Of a stretch of 64,000 nucleotides of DNA, positions 1 to 12,170 are shown piece by piece. The DNA is from Octopus sinensis. Taxonomy: Eukaryota. Position 1 is the first letter of the stretch. The number at the start of each line of letters is the position of its first letter. Position numbers and translations under genes: made by a program. The notes under the pieces were generated by a model. That model saw only the letters and a list, made by a program, of their open reading frames with translations. It did no database searches and was not told where the DNA came from. The stretch lies in assembly GCF_006345805.1 (NCBI RefSeq), contig NC_043010.1, positions 35,650,001 through 35,714,000 on the forward strand. Reading direction: 5' to 3'.

Positions 1-170
1 GACACCTCCTCCAGTTGGCTATTGATACACTTTCTGTGCCCTATCAGTATTTGCAAAGGGAAGCCATCCTTTCGGGGCTTGAAGCTACAATAGCATCCAC
101 CCTTAAGGGTTAAGTAGCAAATATACTTCACGATGTCGTGCAGCTACAGTTTATACCTCGTTCAGAGATT

Positions 171-211
<41 letters not shown>

Positions 212-1050
212 TTACTGACAAGAAAGTAAATTTCGAACTTAGTATAGCTGTAAAAATAGCAGAGAAAGATTGTGTATTTATCCTTCTTATAAGATGGAAA
301 AAAAGTTGCTAATAATTACACATTATTTTCACAACTTTGAAACTGCTAGCATCCATTCTCCCTCTGGAATGAATACCCTTCAGTATACTGAATAATATAT
401 AGCTAATACATACCCCTTTTTTTTTGGCTCTCACCAGAATGTATCTTTATTCCATGCTCAACGCTGGATCTAGTAGTTTTCACTTTCATTTTCCCTCAAT
501 ATGGAGTACTGCACGACAATTCTTTCCCTCTCCTTACCCTGCTGTACCACTTAACCACTCTGTCTGATCATGGATTTATACGATCCAACTGGATTTAATT
601 GGACCTTCCTATCCTACTGAACATAATGAACCACAATAAGTATTAATAAGTATCTTCCACCGTCAAATCATATATTTCTCTGATGATGGGATGCCTGATT
701 TGTAAATGCTCCTATAGCTGGGATATTCCAGAAACAGCTATCACAGACTATGAATTTGTACTATCATTACCATTCATTATGAAGTAAAATTTTAAAAATT
801 GCATTAAATGAAATCAAATGTCCTTGTTCTGCCTTGATTAATTGTTTGCCTTCCCTCACTACTTTAACCTATACCTGCTGACTCAAAGGGAAACCACCAT
901 TAGCCGTTTTTTTAGCAAGACAATCACACAACCACAACTTCAACCGCTGTTCTAACTGGAATTTTGGTGGTACACCTATTTGAGCACATGGAACGCATAC
1001 CTATTAGGTTGAGTCATCCTGACGAAAACTCCTCATATCCTGTATGTCAC

Positions 1051-1111
<61 letters not shown>

Positions 1112-1126
1112 ATATCTATCTATCTA

Positions 1127-1245
<119 letters not shown>

Positions 1246-1270
1246 GTCTGTCTGTCTGTCTGTCTTAGGG

Positions 1271-1561
1271 TAACATTAAGCTTCACCATGAGTTTGGTGA
1301 AAATCGATTGCAAGTTGCAGAAACTACAACGGAAAATGTGTTGCATATGAAAAGCTTAGATTCTCGACCCTATGTCGAATTTATCAATTTTTTTCAGAAC
1401 TGGGGGAACTTTTCAAAATTTTCACTGCGTTAGTTTTGAATTATAACATTGGGCTATGTGTGTGTCAAGTTTCATCAGAATCGGTTGAAAGCCGTGGTCA
1501 GGGTGAGGGTACAACCTGACAGACACACAGACAGACAAACTGCCTTTTATATATAGAGAGA
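1271..1561 (-). mobile_element. 5' part of the same Helitron-type family
   Basis: Near-identical to 22435-22725; the 3' end is absent. Confidence 0.8.
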
Positions 1562-1755
1562 TATAAATATATGTAAAACATATTATAGATGTTGTTTAGC
1601 CCCAGGCTGGTTCTCATCGAGTAGACCTATGGAAAAGGTGTCCCACATGTGGGCATCTGTCATTCTGTATATGAAAGGGTGCATTGTTCAATGTGTTCAC
1701 TTTGTAAGATTGTAGCGTATGTGTGTAACTGGGGTGAGATTTGGTCCCTACTTAC

Positions 1756-1942
1756 TCTCTAATACTTTGTGCACGTTACTCTTCTTAAGCAGAGATGCCA
1801 TAATGGAATATCTTGGAGTGCTGAGTATAGTGTTGTACAAGTTGTCTGAAGGAGGGAGCATTACATCGTTTATGACGTGAAAAATACCGTTAGTGGCTAT
1901 GTTGTTGGTGTTTACTAGTTCACACCCTTCAATAGTGACAAC
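1756..1942 (-). CDS. FAS1 gene A, exon 3 (absent from the ORF track)
   Basis: Acceptor TCTTTTGTAG|GTT and donor GAGA|GTAAGT; 187 nt, phase 0 to 1. Encodes VVTIEGCELVNTNNIATNGIFHVINDVMLPPSDNLYNTILSTPRYSIMASLLKKSNVHKVLE (H2 motif NGxxHVIxxV, then the start of a second FAS1 domain). No downstream exon found in 1-1755. Confidence 0.9.
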
Positions 1943-2117
1943 CTACAAAAAGACAAAGAAACAAAAGAAAAACAAAAGAAAGAAGTATATAACACGAAGG
2001 GTAGCTATCGCAAACAAATCAAAATCTCGTGCAGATGTAAATCTTTAAAAAGGTTAATTTCTAAAGATGAGATTCATACTCTAAGAATGATAATCCCATT
2101 AGTGAATATACCAACAC

Positions 2118-2159
<42 letters not shown>

Positions 2160-2178
2160 ACTATTATTATTATTATTA

Positions 2179-2592
2179 GGCGCAGGAGTGGCTGTGTGGT
2201 AAGTAGCTTGCTAACCAACTACATGGTTCTGGGTTCAGTCCCACCGCGTGGCATCTTGGGCAAGTGTCTTCTGCTATAGCCTCGGGCCGACCAATGCCTT
2301 GTGAGTGGATTTGGTAGACGGAAACTGGAAGAAGCCCGTCGTATATATGTATATATATGTATATATGTGTGTGCGTGTATGTTTGTGTTTGTCCCCCTAG
2401 CATTGCTTGACAACCGATACTGGTGTGTTTATGTCCCCGTCACTTAGCGGTTCGGCAAAAAGAGACCGATAGAATAAGTACTGGGCTTACAAAGAATAAG
2501 TCCCGGGGTCGAGTTGCTCGATTAAAGGCGGTGCTCCAGCATGGCCGCAGTCAAATGACTGAAACAAGTAAAAGAGTAAAAGAGTAAAAGAG
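2179..2592 (+). mobile_element. SINE family A (tRNA-derived, CORE-like centre, LINE-type tail), full length
   Basis: A box TGGCTGTGTGGT, B box GGTTCAGTCCC, CCTTGGGCAAG core-like motif, internal microsatellite, tail GGCGGTGCTCCAGCATGGCCGCAGTCAAATGACTGAAAC(AAGTAAAAG)n. Confidence 0.9.
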
Positions 2593-3151
2593 TATTATAA
2601 TGGCTTCTGATCTAAACTGATTGAAAGTGTTATCCTGTACATTGTTTTGTCTTGGTATAAAAGATGGGCTACAGCAAATATTCTTCTCAATATCATAAAT
2701 TTGCTTGTCAGTTGCATGACTTTAACCAGTTAAGCATGTCCCTTAGTGACTGATGACATGTGTACTTCTGACTACGAGCAGTAGTGGGGGAGCATCTTAG
2801 CCATGTGTTGAGAGGAATTCTTTGGGGTTTGAATAATTCACCTCTGGAAACATGGCTTTTTTGTTCAACATCCTTAAACCTTATTCAGGGACCTTTTGAG
2901 TGGGATGGGCTACTCGAGCTGAAGAAAATTCTAACCCCACCTGCAAGGTCATGCGCTATTTATCGTGATATGAGATCACCATGTCGCGCACATATGGTTG
3001 TGATGCATGTGTTTCGTATACCCTTATCAGACGGGTAGTCATGATGTATATTGGGCTTCGTATATTTGTACCCTAGTTAGTAGTAACCTGCTAACCACAT
3101 AAATTCCGACAGGAATAACAAACCTTAGTCAAGTCAATAATAATAATAATA

Positions 3152-3196
<45 letters not shown>

Positions 3197-3657
3197 TTAT
3201 CAGGAAAAACTACTGAAAACTTGTGGACACCTAAGGTTACAGGTAGTAACCCGCTACTCACATAAATTCTACCAGGAATAAGACATTTTCTAACATTTGG
3301 CTCAATGTCACAAATTTTAATGGTGTGAATAGTCGATTCTATGTTCTAACTACCTGACTGGTACTTGTGTTATGGAATCCTGAAGGCTAAGTCGATATTT
3401 TATTTGAGTTTTGAGTTCAGAAGGTTATGAAAGAACTAAATACCGAAACAAAATTTCGTTGGTACTCCTCTGACAATTCACTAATTATAATATAAACCAG
3501 TTTTAAATCGCTTCAAGGTATACTTGATTTTAATCGAAAATACTAGGGTGCGACATATCTGGGGCAACGCTAAAGCTACGAATATAGATTTAAAAAATTC
3601 TAAATTAACACTTTTACAAGAGTAAATACAGTAAATAGGGGAAATATATATGCTTAC

Positions 3658-3875
3658 CTGATTCGCTCGGTAAACGTTCACGCGGATCTTCACCCCAGAG
3701 AGGGAGGTTAATTCCAAATCATTTTTCTGAAGGTCTTCGTACATGAATTTACCTTGTACAACATGGTATTTGAGAAAAGCTTCTAGCCCAGCGCTATTAT
3801 TTCTCAGCATATTAAGAAAGAAAGGGCCCATGTCGGTAAAGGCCCGCTCGGTCGGTGCAAAGACAGTCCATTCTC
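3658..3875 (-). CDS. FAS1 gene A, exon 2
   Basis: Acceptor TTCGTTAAAG|GA and donor CAG|GTAAGC; 218 nt, phase 1 to 0. Encodes GEWTVFAPTERAF (FAS1 H1 motif) ... LKYHVV (YH motif) ... KIRVNVYRANQ. Confidence 0.92.
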
Positions 3876-3924
3876 CTTTAACGAATATGGGAAGAATTAA
3901 ATAAATATATATATATATATATAG

Positions 3925-4090
3925 TTCAAGCTTACAGAAAGCAAAAGACGAAGACAGGTGAGGAAACAACAAGCAGATGTATTAGTTTGACGGTCGGGAA
4001 GAATGGAAAAGTCTTTGACGTTTCGAGCCTACGCTCTTCGACAGAAAGCTTTGAGAGAAAAAATGGAGAGAGAAAAATGTTGGGATTAAC
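3925..4090 (-). repeat. (TA)n-associated Penelope-pLTR-like repeat (family P1)
   Basis: Related ~150-180 nt sequences at 18293-18470, 19136-19270 and 52507-52690, all in the same orientation and abutting (TA)n or (TATC)n/TA tracts; each carries a hammerhead-like motif. Confidence 0.6.
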
Positions 4091-4102
4091 GATTCAACAT
4101 TT

Positions 4103-4136
<34 letters not shown>

Positions 4137-5559
4137 ATATATATATACACATACATACACACACATATATATACATACACACACAATCACACACACACAC
4201 ACACAATCACACACACACACATACATTTACAAGCACATTTTCATACATATGTGCACATGTATCAGTTTTATTCACCCACAGCAGTGGATGAATATCTTCT
4301 TTAGGTCAACTTTTAGTTACAAGTGAACATTTCTAGGCTTCATTACTAATTCGGTTCTCAGCCAAATTGAATGCGGTTTTTTTTTAGTAATAATGGTCCA
4401 GTCCTAAGCTACATTTTGAGATAAAATTATAGAAATTTTGTTCATTAAAAACATAGAAGTGTAAGGCAGAAAATTGATTTTGAATCAAAGTGTCTCAGTT
4501 ATTTTAAAAGAAAAATACAGGTAATTGATTTGAAAAGAATGTGCTACTTATTAAAATGTGTACATATTAAAAACATATTAAAATAAAAAAATTCGCTCAT
4601 TAAAAAAACTAATTATCAATTATCTAATTAGGATGTAACATTATTTTATAATAAAAATTGTTAAAAAAATTTATTCATTTGTAACAGATATACAGCTATT
4701 AATGCTTTGTTATTTTCAGGTGCAAACAAAATTTCTAAGTTTGAACAAAATTTGTATTTTAAAAAATTTACAGTAGTATCATTTTTTCAAATTATAAAGG
4801 TAAATATAATTAATTTTAGTGATAGGAACGTTGCCTGGTATAAAGAGGATTAGAATGATAAATGCGGGTGCAGTATCCCAGAATATTCCTAGGTATTGAA
4901 CCTGGAAAAGTACAGAATAAGCAGTAATTAAGCCTGAGGAAGAGAAGAAAACTTAAAATATTGCTGCTGTTGTTAAAATTTGCTAAATGAATTTCTGAAA
5001 TTGTACAACAAATAGCGTTTGTACTGTTTTGTTTTTAATAATTTTTTGCTTTTTATTGCAAATTTTTAGAATTTAAGTTAATATTTTTGATTAAAACGTT
5101 TTCTGTATTAAGCTAAAACATTTCTGTTTTATTTTTAATACTATATTATGTTTTGAATTTTATTTTCTTAACAAAACTCATTATCCAATAGATTTTAAAT
5201 AACAGGTATTGTGTTATAAAATCAAACTTATGTAGAATACATGTAATTCAAAAGAGCAAAAAATAGTAAAAGATATTTTTAAAAGAAACAGAATTAATTT
5301 CTTTTAAGTTTGCATTATCATGTAACAAAGTATTTTCTATTTACGGTTAAAAAATTATTTTAAAAAAATTAAAGTTAGTAAACAAATTGAATGCAAAATG
5401 TTGAAATGACTCTCTAGCTTTTCTTAAAAACAGTTAGGAGTTACAATTGTCAGTTTTGCTTAAAACTGCTATTATATGATTGTTTAAATATATATATTCT
5501 TTCCCCTAAAAAAGATTTACTATTGGTGTCTAAGAATATGAGAAACAATCAGGAGACCC

Positions 5560-5760
5560 ATACCAACAATAAAGTCGAAAAAGTATATACAGTTATAGAG
5601 GTCAGCTGTCCTGCTGATGTGAATATTTCTTTGAAATTCAAAATAAGAGAGGTTAACAAGGGACAACTACACCGGAACCTCTATCTAAACCCAAATTATA
5701 AATTCACGTTTATACCAAGAATAATTGGTATATCTAGTTTTGTGAGTGAATAATTAGGTG
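5560..5760 (+). mobile_element. Degenerate R4/Dong-like LINE restriction-like endonuclease fragment
   Basis: VIEVSCPADVNISLK...LNPNYKFTFIPRIIG resembles the RLE C-terminus pattern (IDVxxPxD...K..KY..L...P.V.G). Confidence 0.5.
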
Positions 5761-6022
5761 TCGCATGCGTTGAGATTTTAAGACAAAGAAATCAACCAGC
5801 TAACTCATACATTACAAATACAATCTGTAAGTGGAAGAGTAAAAATATGAAAAACTTTTCTCAAATTTATAATGTGATTTTGTTTTTGTGGAGATTTGTA
5901 TCTTTGTTAGAAGAAGAAGATTTCCTTAGAAGAAGACTTCATATGATTAAAAACAGAAAAATGCATACATACATATGTATGTATGTACGCATGTATATAT
6001 ATATATATATGTATGCATGCAC

Positions 6023-6110
<88 letters not shown>

Positions 6111-6180
6111 ATATATATGTATGCATGCACATATATATATATATATTATATATATATATATAAAATTATATTATATATAT

Positions 6181-6210
<30 letters not shown>

Positions 6211-6211
<1 letters not shown>

Positions 6212-6306
6212 TAAATGTACATACAGCACCAGGAGAGAAGACAAAAGGACAAAATAAGTTTATTTTGTCCTTTTGTCCTCACTTCTGGTGCTGTATGAAC
6301 ATTTAA
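6211..6306. repeat. 96-nt hairpin (imperfect inverted repeat)
   Basis: TTAAATGTACATACAGCACCAGGAGAGAAGACAAAAGGACAAAAT pairs with 6262-6306, with 4 non-identical positions. Confidence 0.9.
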
Positions 6307-6480
6307 TGTGATTTTAGAGTCAAGATTTGGCTGCTATTTCCAGCGTGGAGGTATCTTTTAGATACCCTAAATTATAATTTTAATAATAATTATTACCTTT
6401 GAAGGTTTTTATTCCCATGCTGGCCACTTGATAAGATCGATATTTAGATTAACGATCTTATCCTTTTTATATTAATATTA

Positions 6481-6512
<32 letters not shown>

Positions 6513-7107
6513 TATAGTATGTCAGGGCGTTACTGGTAACATGTAAGCCAGTACAAACTGTTGCATGGTCAGGTGATAAAATGTGTACAATAATGAACAA
6601 TAACAATTTATTGGCATCGAATGTTACACACTATTCACATATAGAAATTACGAAGAAATTCGATAAGTTGATGGTTTCAATACACAGTTAGCAGTTAGCA
6701 AGCAGAGCTGCTACAAATGCGAATATAAATCCAAATTGAGAAAGTGGGACGGGTAAAATGCAGGCTACATATGTTTCTTAACTAGCTGATCCTCTTATGA
6801 ATTACTTACTCAATAAGGGGTCCTCAACTTAGTTAATCATCAGGCCGAGATTTCCTTAATTAAATGAAGTTTAAATTGTCGCTTGGAATTTCCAAGTTAA
6901 CTCATTGCAGATGTGAATTGAACTGAATAGAGAAGCCACGAATACAGAATTAAAAAAAAAGGTCAAGAAGTGTGTAACGGGAAAGGACGGGGTCAAATAT
7001 GTCGGAGGGTGAGTCATATAGAATCGAAGGGAATGAAGAAAAAGAGAGAGGAGGAAGAAAGAGTGGTGTATATATATATATGTATATACCGTGTGTAAAA
7101 TGCATAC

Positions 7108-7264
7108 CTGATTCGTTAAGTTTGTGAGCTATGCCAGCTCTTTCACCCAGTTCCAACATGGTGTTGAAGCCATATTTCTTTGCGACTTCTACCAAAGTTA
7201 AATTGTGTTTACTGTATGCGGAAGCACCAACCACACAGAGAACAATTAAGAAAAGAGCTTTCAT
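7108..7264 (-). CDS. FAS1 (fasciclin/TGFBI-periostin-like) gene A, exon 1 with signal peptide
   Basis: ATG at 7264. Encodes MKALFLIVLCVVGASAYSKHNLTLVEVAKKYGFNTMLELGERAGIAHKLNES (hydrophobic leader, then the start of FAS1). Donor TCAG|GTATGC after 7108; 157 nt, phase 1. Confidence 0.9.
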
Positions 7265-9083
7265 CTTGTATTGCCGTTCTGTCTTGTACCTTGCTAAAAT
7301 ATGTCTTTAATCGAAATTTATATGCGATTTGCATGTAAGTATAAGTGAATTTGTGTGGGTGTTAGAGTTTGTATATATACGTGTATCTATACATTTGTGT
7401 TGGTTTGGGTATAGATGTGTGAGGGGGTACGTATGTGTTAGCATGACGGATGTATCACTAGTGATAAGATATGTGATTACGAGACATAAGAGCCGAAACA
7501 GCAGCATATACTTTTGTGTTCCCACCGCTTCCTCTCCTTCTCTTCGCACCACCACCACCACTATATGCTGTCGGCTCGGTATTGTTCATTGTATGTGGAT
7601 CTAGTCAATAATTGCTTACAACTTTCCCCTTAACAAAGACTTCATCAACTATACAAGCGAACAAGGAACATTATACCTAGCCCATTTCCCTGTCTAATAT
7701 AGTAACCAATTTTCTCTCTCAATCTATCCTTGTGTGATTGATATAGGGAGCGCACCATCAAGCAAGGTAGTTTCCTTTTTATTTATTTATCAGTGAAGAA
7801 GGAATGACTGTGTTCATGGCCTTGTAAATTTCCCGGAGACTCGATTCTCAATTTTGCAACAGAGTGGACTTGTTGAACTCGCACAAGGACCTGGTGTGAC
7901 ATTGAATCAGGCGACGGATTAAGTCATATTCAGCAGAATTTGAATTCAGAAGCAGAGAGCCAGGATGAACACTGCAAACGATCTCAGATTTCCGGCGGCC
8001 CGCCACCCAAGACTGGTACTTTGCTTATAGAACCTGATCGGAGGAACAGCAAAGTGTACCTCAGCAGAATCTAAATTCAGGACATAAGGAGCCAACGATC
8101 TAACGCTTCCGTCGACCTACTTTCTGTATCGATCTTGGATGGATGAAGCACAAAGCTGATATCTTAAGGATTTGAACTCAGAACGCAAGGGACCGAATAA
8201 ATACTGCTCTTCTGGTACTTTGTTTTCTTAAACCCAGATAGATGGGGTGGGGGGAAACCTCGGTAGGTTTTGAAAACAGTGCGTAAGAGGCCGAGATAAA
8301 TATCGCAAAGCATTCTGTCCAACGATCTCACGACTCTGCTAATTCACTTGTACGCTGTTTCTTGAAGATAATACAGCAATAATTGTCTCTAAGCAATTAT
8401 CCTTTTGGGATTGTAGCATAGACCACACAATCCAGCAAGAGAAAATTTACAAAGTCCTCTTGAACCGATCAACCAAAGACAACTGAGGCCTTCCTTGACA
8501 TTCTACTATGATAGGTTACGGGCTGGTAGGATTGGTTGAGCATCGGGTGAGACATGAAGCGTTATTTAGTTGTGTTCAATTGGTTCCTAAGTTTGAATCA
8601 CATCGAAATATACATTGCTTTTAATCCTTAAACAACTGGTAAAATAAGCACCAATGAAGAGATGATATCAATGTGATCGATTATACCCTTCACTCCAAAA
8701 TTTACAGCCTTGTGCTGTTCTTAGAAATCTATGAAATAGGTGCTTGTGTGCAGGTGTGTGTAACAGATTTGTTGAAGTAAATTTTCGCTGTTACATTGAT
8801 CCGGTCAAACTACTTGGAAGATATAGCTGTTTGTGTTTCCCGTTACGTTCCGCTTGCATTTACGTCATCGTTACGCTGTCTTTATTCTTTCAAGGTTAAT
8901 CCTTTCAAGAAAACATAAGTGTTAGCTTTATTCAAGTAACACAACAGAAACAATAATGGTCTCGGTATGTAACTTCAATTATACACTGAAAAGAAGTATC
9001 ATGTTTGTTCTAACGAACAAAAATCCTCATTCTCAAAGGCATCATACTCCAGCAGAAAGAAAATTAAAACAGCTATGCCGTTA

Positions 9084-9124
<41 letters not shown>

Positions 9125-9125
9125 A

Positions 9126-9197
<72 letters not shown>

Positions 9198-9325
9198 GTC
9201 TGTCTGTCTGTCTGTCTGCCTGTCTGTTTTCCTGCCTGCCTTCTGTCTGTCTGTCCATCCATCCGTCCGTTCGTTCGTCCGTCTGTCTGTCGATCCTTAA
9301 TTATCTACCTATCTGCTTCCCTGTA

Positions 9326-9386
<61 letters not shown>

Positions 9387-9388
9387 CT

Positions 9389-9613
9389 GGCGAGCTGGCA
9401 CAAACGTTCGCACGCCGGGCGAAATGCTTAGCGGTATTTCGTCTGCCGTTACGTTGTGAGTTCAAATCCCGCCGAGGTCGACTTTGCCTTTCATCCTTTC
9501 GGGGTCGATAAATTAAGTACCAGTTACGCACTGGGGTCGATGTAATCGATTTAATCCCTTTGTCTGTCCTTGTTTGTCCCCTCTATGTTTAGCCCCTTGT
9601 GGGTAGTAAAGAA

Positions 9614-9614
<1 letters not shown>
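9389..9614 (+). mobile_element. SINE-B
   Basis: Homology to family B. Further copies at 23330-23662(-), 23760-23950, 25438-25672, 39140-39340, 40675-41080, 42098-42330 and 62150-62280, with degenerate clusters at 7850-8720. Confidence 0.85.
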
Positions 9615-9703
<89 letters not shown>

Positions 9704-9943
9704 AGTTCCTACGTACGTTTCACCATTGCAGTTATTTGGAACTTAACATTTGGATGCCTAACTGCAATGGATCTCTAGGGGAACACTTAATTGCATTCTA
9801 TCACAGAGAGAGAGATCAAATATCCGAGATAATTTACAAGTATTTAGAGAAGGAAGTAGAAAGAAAACAAGCCAGTAGTGTCGAAAAAATGGAAGAGGAG
9901 AAAGACTGAACCACCAAGAAGTAAACAGGATAAAAAGTAAATT

Positions 9944-10835
9944 GTGGCTGTGTGGTAAGAAGCTTGCTTCCCAACCACATGGTTCCGGGTTCAGTCCCCC
10001 TGCGTGGCACTTTGAGCAAAAGTCTTCTACTATAGCTTCAGGCAGACCAAAGCCTTGTGAGTGGATTTGGTAGACGGAAATTGAAAGAAGCCCGTCGTAT
10101 ATACAAAGAATAAGACCTGGGGTCGATTTGTTCGACTGAAGGCGGTGCTTCAACATGACCGCTGTCAAATGAGTGAAACAAGTAAAAGAATAAAAGAATT
10201 TATGTGTGTGTCTTTAAGTCTGTGTTTGTCTTCCCGCCATTTGACAACCGGTGTCGGTGTGTTTATGTCCCCGTAACTTAACGGTTCGGCAAAGATACCG
10301 ATAAAATGAGTACTAGGCTTAAAAAAATAAGTCCTGGGGTCTATTTGTTAGACTAAAACCCTTGAGGACGGTGCCCCAACATGGCCACAACCAAACGACT
10401 GAAACAAGTAAAAGATAAAAGATATAAGGTAGACAAATGAAAACGATAAGTGAATAAATACACAAATAAAATATATAAATTTATACATGTATATACATAC
10501 ACACACAGGCACACGCACACATACATATACATACATATATATACATACATACGTACATTCATACATATACGAAAATACACATTCTTTTATTCTTTTATTT
10601 GCTTCAGTCATTTGACTGTGGCCATGCCGGAGTCGAACAAATCGACCATGCCTTTAGTCGAACAAATCGACCCCAGGACTTATTCTTTGTAAGACTAGTA
10701 CTTATTATATCGGTCTCTTTTGCCGAACTGCTCAGTTACAGGGACATAAACACACCAACATCGGTTGTCAAGCAATGGTGGGGGGACAAACGCAGACACA
10801 GACACATACACAGACACACACATACACATACACAC

Positions 10836-10875
<40 letters not shown>

Positions 10876-10995
10876 CAGGCTTTTTCTGTTTTCGTCAACT
10901 AAATCCACTGACAAGGCTTTGGTCGGCCCGAGGCTATAGTAGAAGACACTTGCCCAAGGTGCCACGCAGTGGGACTGAATCCGGAATTATGTTGG
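9944..10995. mobile_element. Cluster of SINE-A copies (+ 9944-10197, + 10201-10420, - 10585-10995)
   Basis: Homology to the 2179-2592 copy. Confidence 0.85.
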
Positions 10996-11411
10996 GAAGT
11001 TATCTAATTACACAAAATATTTAAAATAAAATAAAATGAAATGAAATAAAGATCAATGGAAGCATAAGTGAAAAAAAATAATAAATGAAAAAATAAATAA
11101 ATAAACCCTTTGAGATTGGTAGGTTAGTGAGATTAAGATAGAAAAAAGCAGGAACTGTGTAGCAGAAGGAAAAGAAGATTGAAAAGGCTACAAGTTTTTT
11201 TAATTTTTAAAGTGGGGTTTAAAGGAAGAAAAAGACTGGAGGGAGTGTATTGTAATGGTTTGTATTTTAATTCAATTCTTGAGGATGACACTTTGAGTTG
11301 GAAAAGTGAGAGTGGGTTATGACTCTATTCTGAATTGGTGACACCGAGTAGATAAATGAAAAAAAAAATGCAGCTTGGGTGTTAAAAGTCAATAAATATA
11401 AAATCCTATAA

Positions 11412-11477
<66 letters not shown>

Positions 11478-11751
11478 GCACATTCATATATAAATACATA
11501 CATAAATGTTACCAATGTCACATACTACTTATTTATTGTAAGTGTTTTCTTTATGCGCTCATTGGTTGCCGGATTCGTCGAGGGGAAATCCCTTTAAGAC
11601 ATGTTAAAAACACTGGATTCCTCAAATTGCCCCTTAGGTGAATGTGAACGGTGGGTATCGATATTTCACTGTTATGCTTTTATTTCAGCGATATAGGTTC
11701 ACAAGGCTCGATTCTCAGGGACGCTGATCCGTCGTAGAATTACTAATTTTA

Positions 11752-12170
11752 AGGTGGTGAGCTGGCAGAAACGTTAGCCCGCCGGGCGAATTGCTTAGCG
11801 GCATTTCGTCTGTCTTTACGTTCTGAGTTCAAATTCCGCCGAGGTCGACTTTGCCTTTCATCCTTTCGGGATCGATAAATTAAGTACCAGCTACGCACTG
11901 GGGTCGATGTAATCGACTTAATCCGTTTGTCTGTCCTTGTTTGTCCCCTCTGTGTTTAGCCCTTTGTGGGTAGTAAAGAAATAGGTATTTCGTCTGTTTC
12001 TACGTTCTGAGTTCAAATTCCGCCGAGGTCGACTTTAATTTTCATCCTTTCGGGGTCGATAAATTAAGTACCAGTTACGCACTGGGGTAGATGTAATCGA
12101 TTTAATCCGTTTGTCTGTCCTTGTTTGTCCCCTCTATGTTTAGCCCCTTGTGGGTAATAAAGAAATAAGA
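11752..12170 (+). mobile_element. SINE family B with a tandemly repeated 3' part
   Basis: Head GAGCTGGCAGAAACGTTAG...GAGTTCAAATTCCGCC and central GCCTTTCATCCTTTCGGGGTCGATAAATTAAGTACCAG; the 3' ~190 nt is repeated at 11985-12170. Confidence 0.85.

Noticed and set aside
400-1040. Possible further gene A exon or LINE relic
   Set aside because: No FAS1 H1 motif with a phase-1 acceptor was found; only a faint YKSMIR-like RT remnant, too weak to call.
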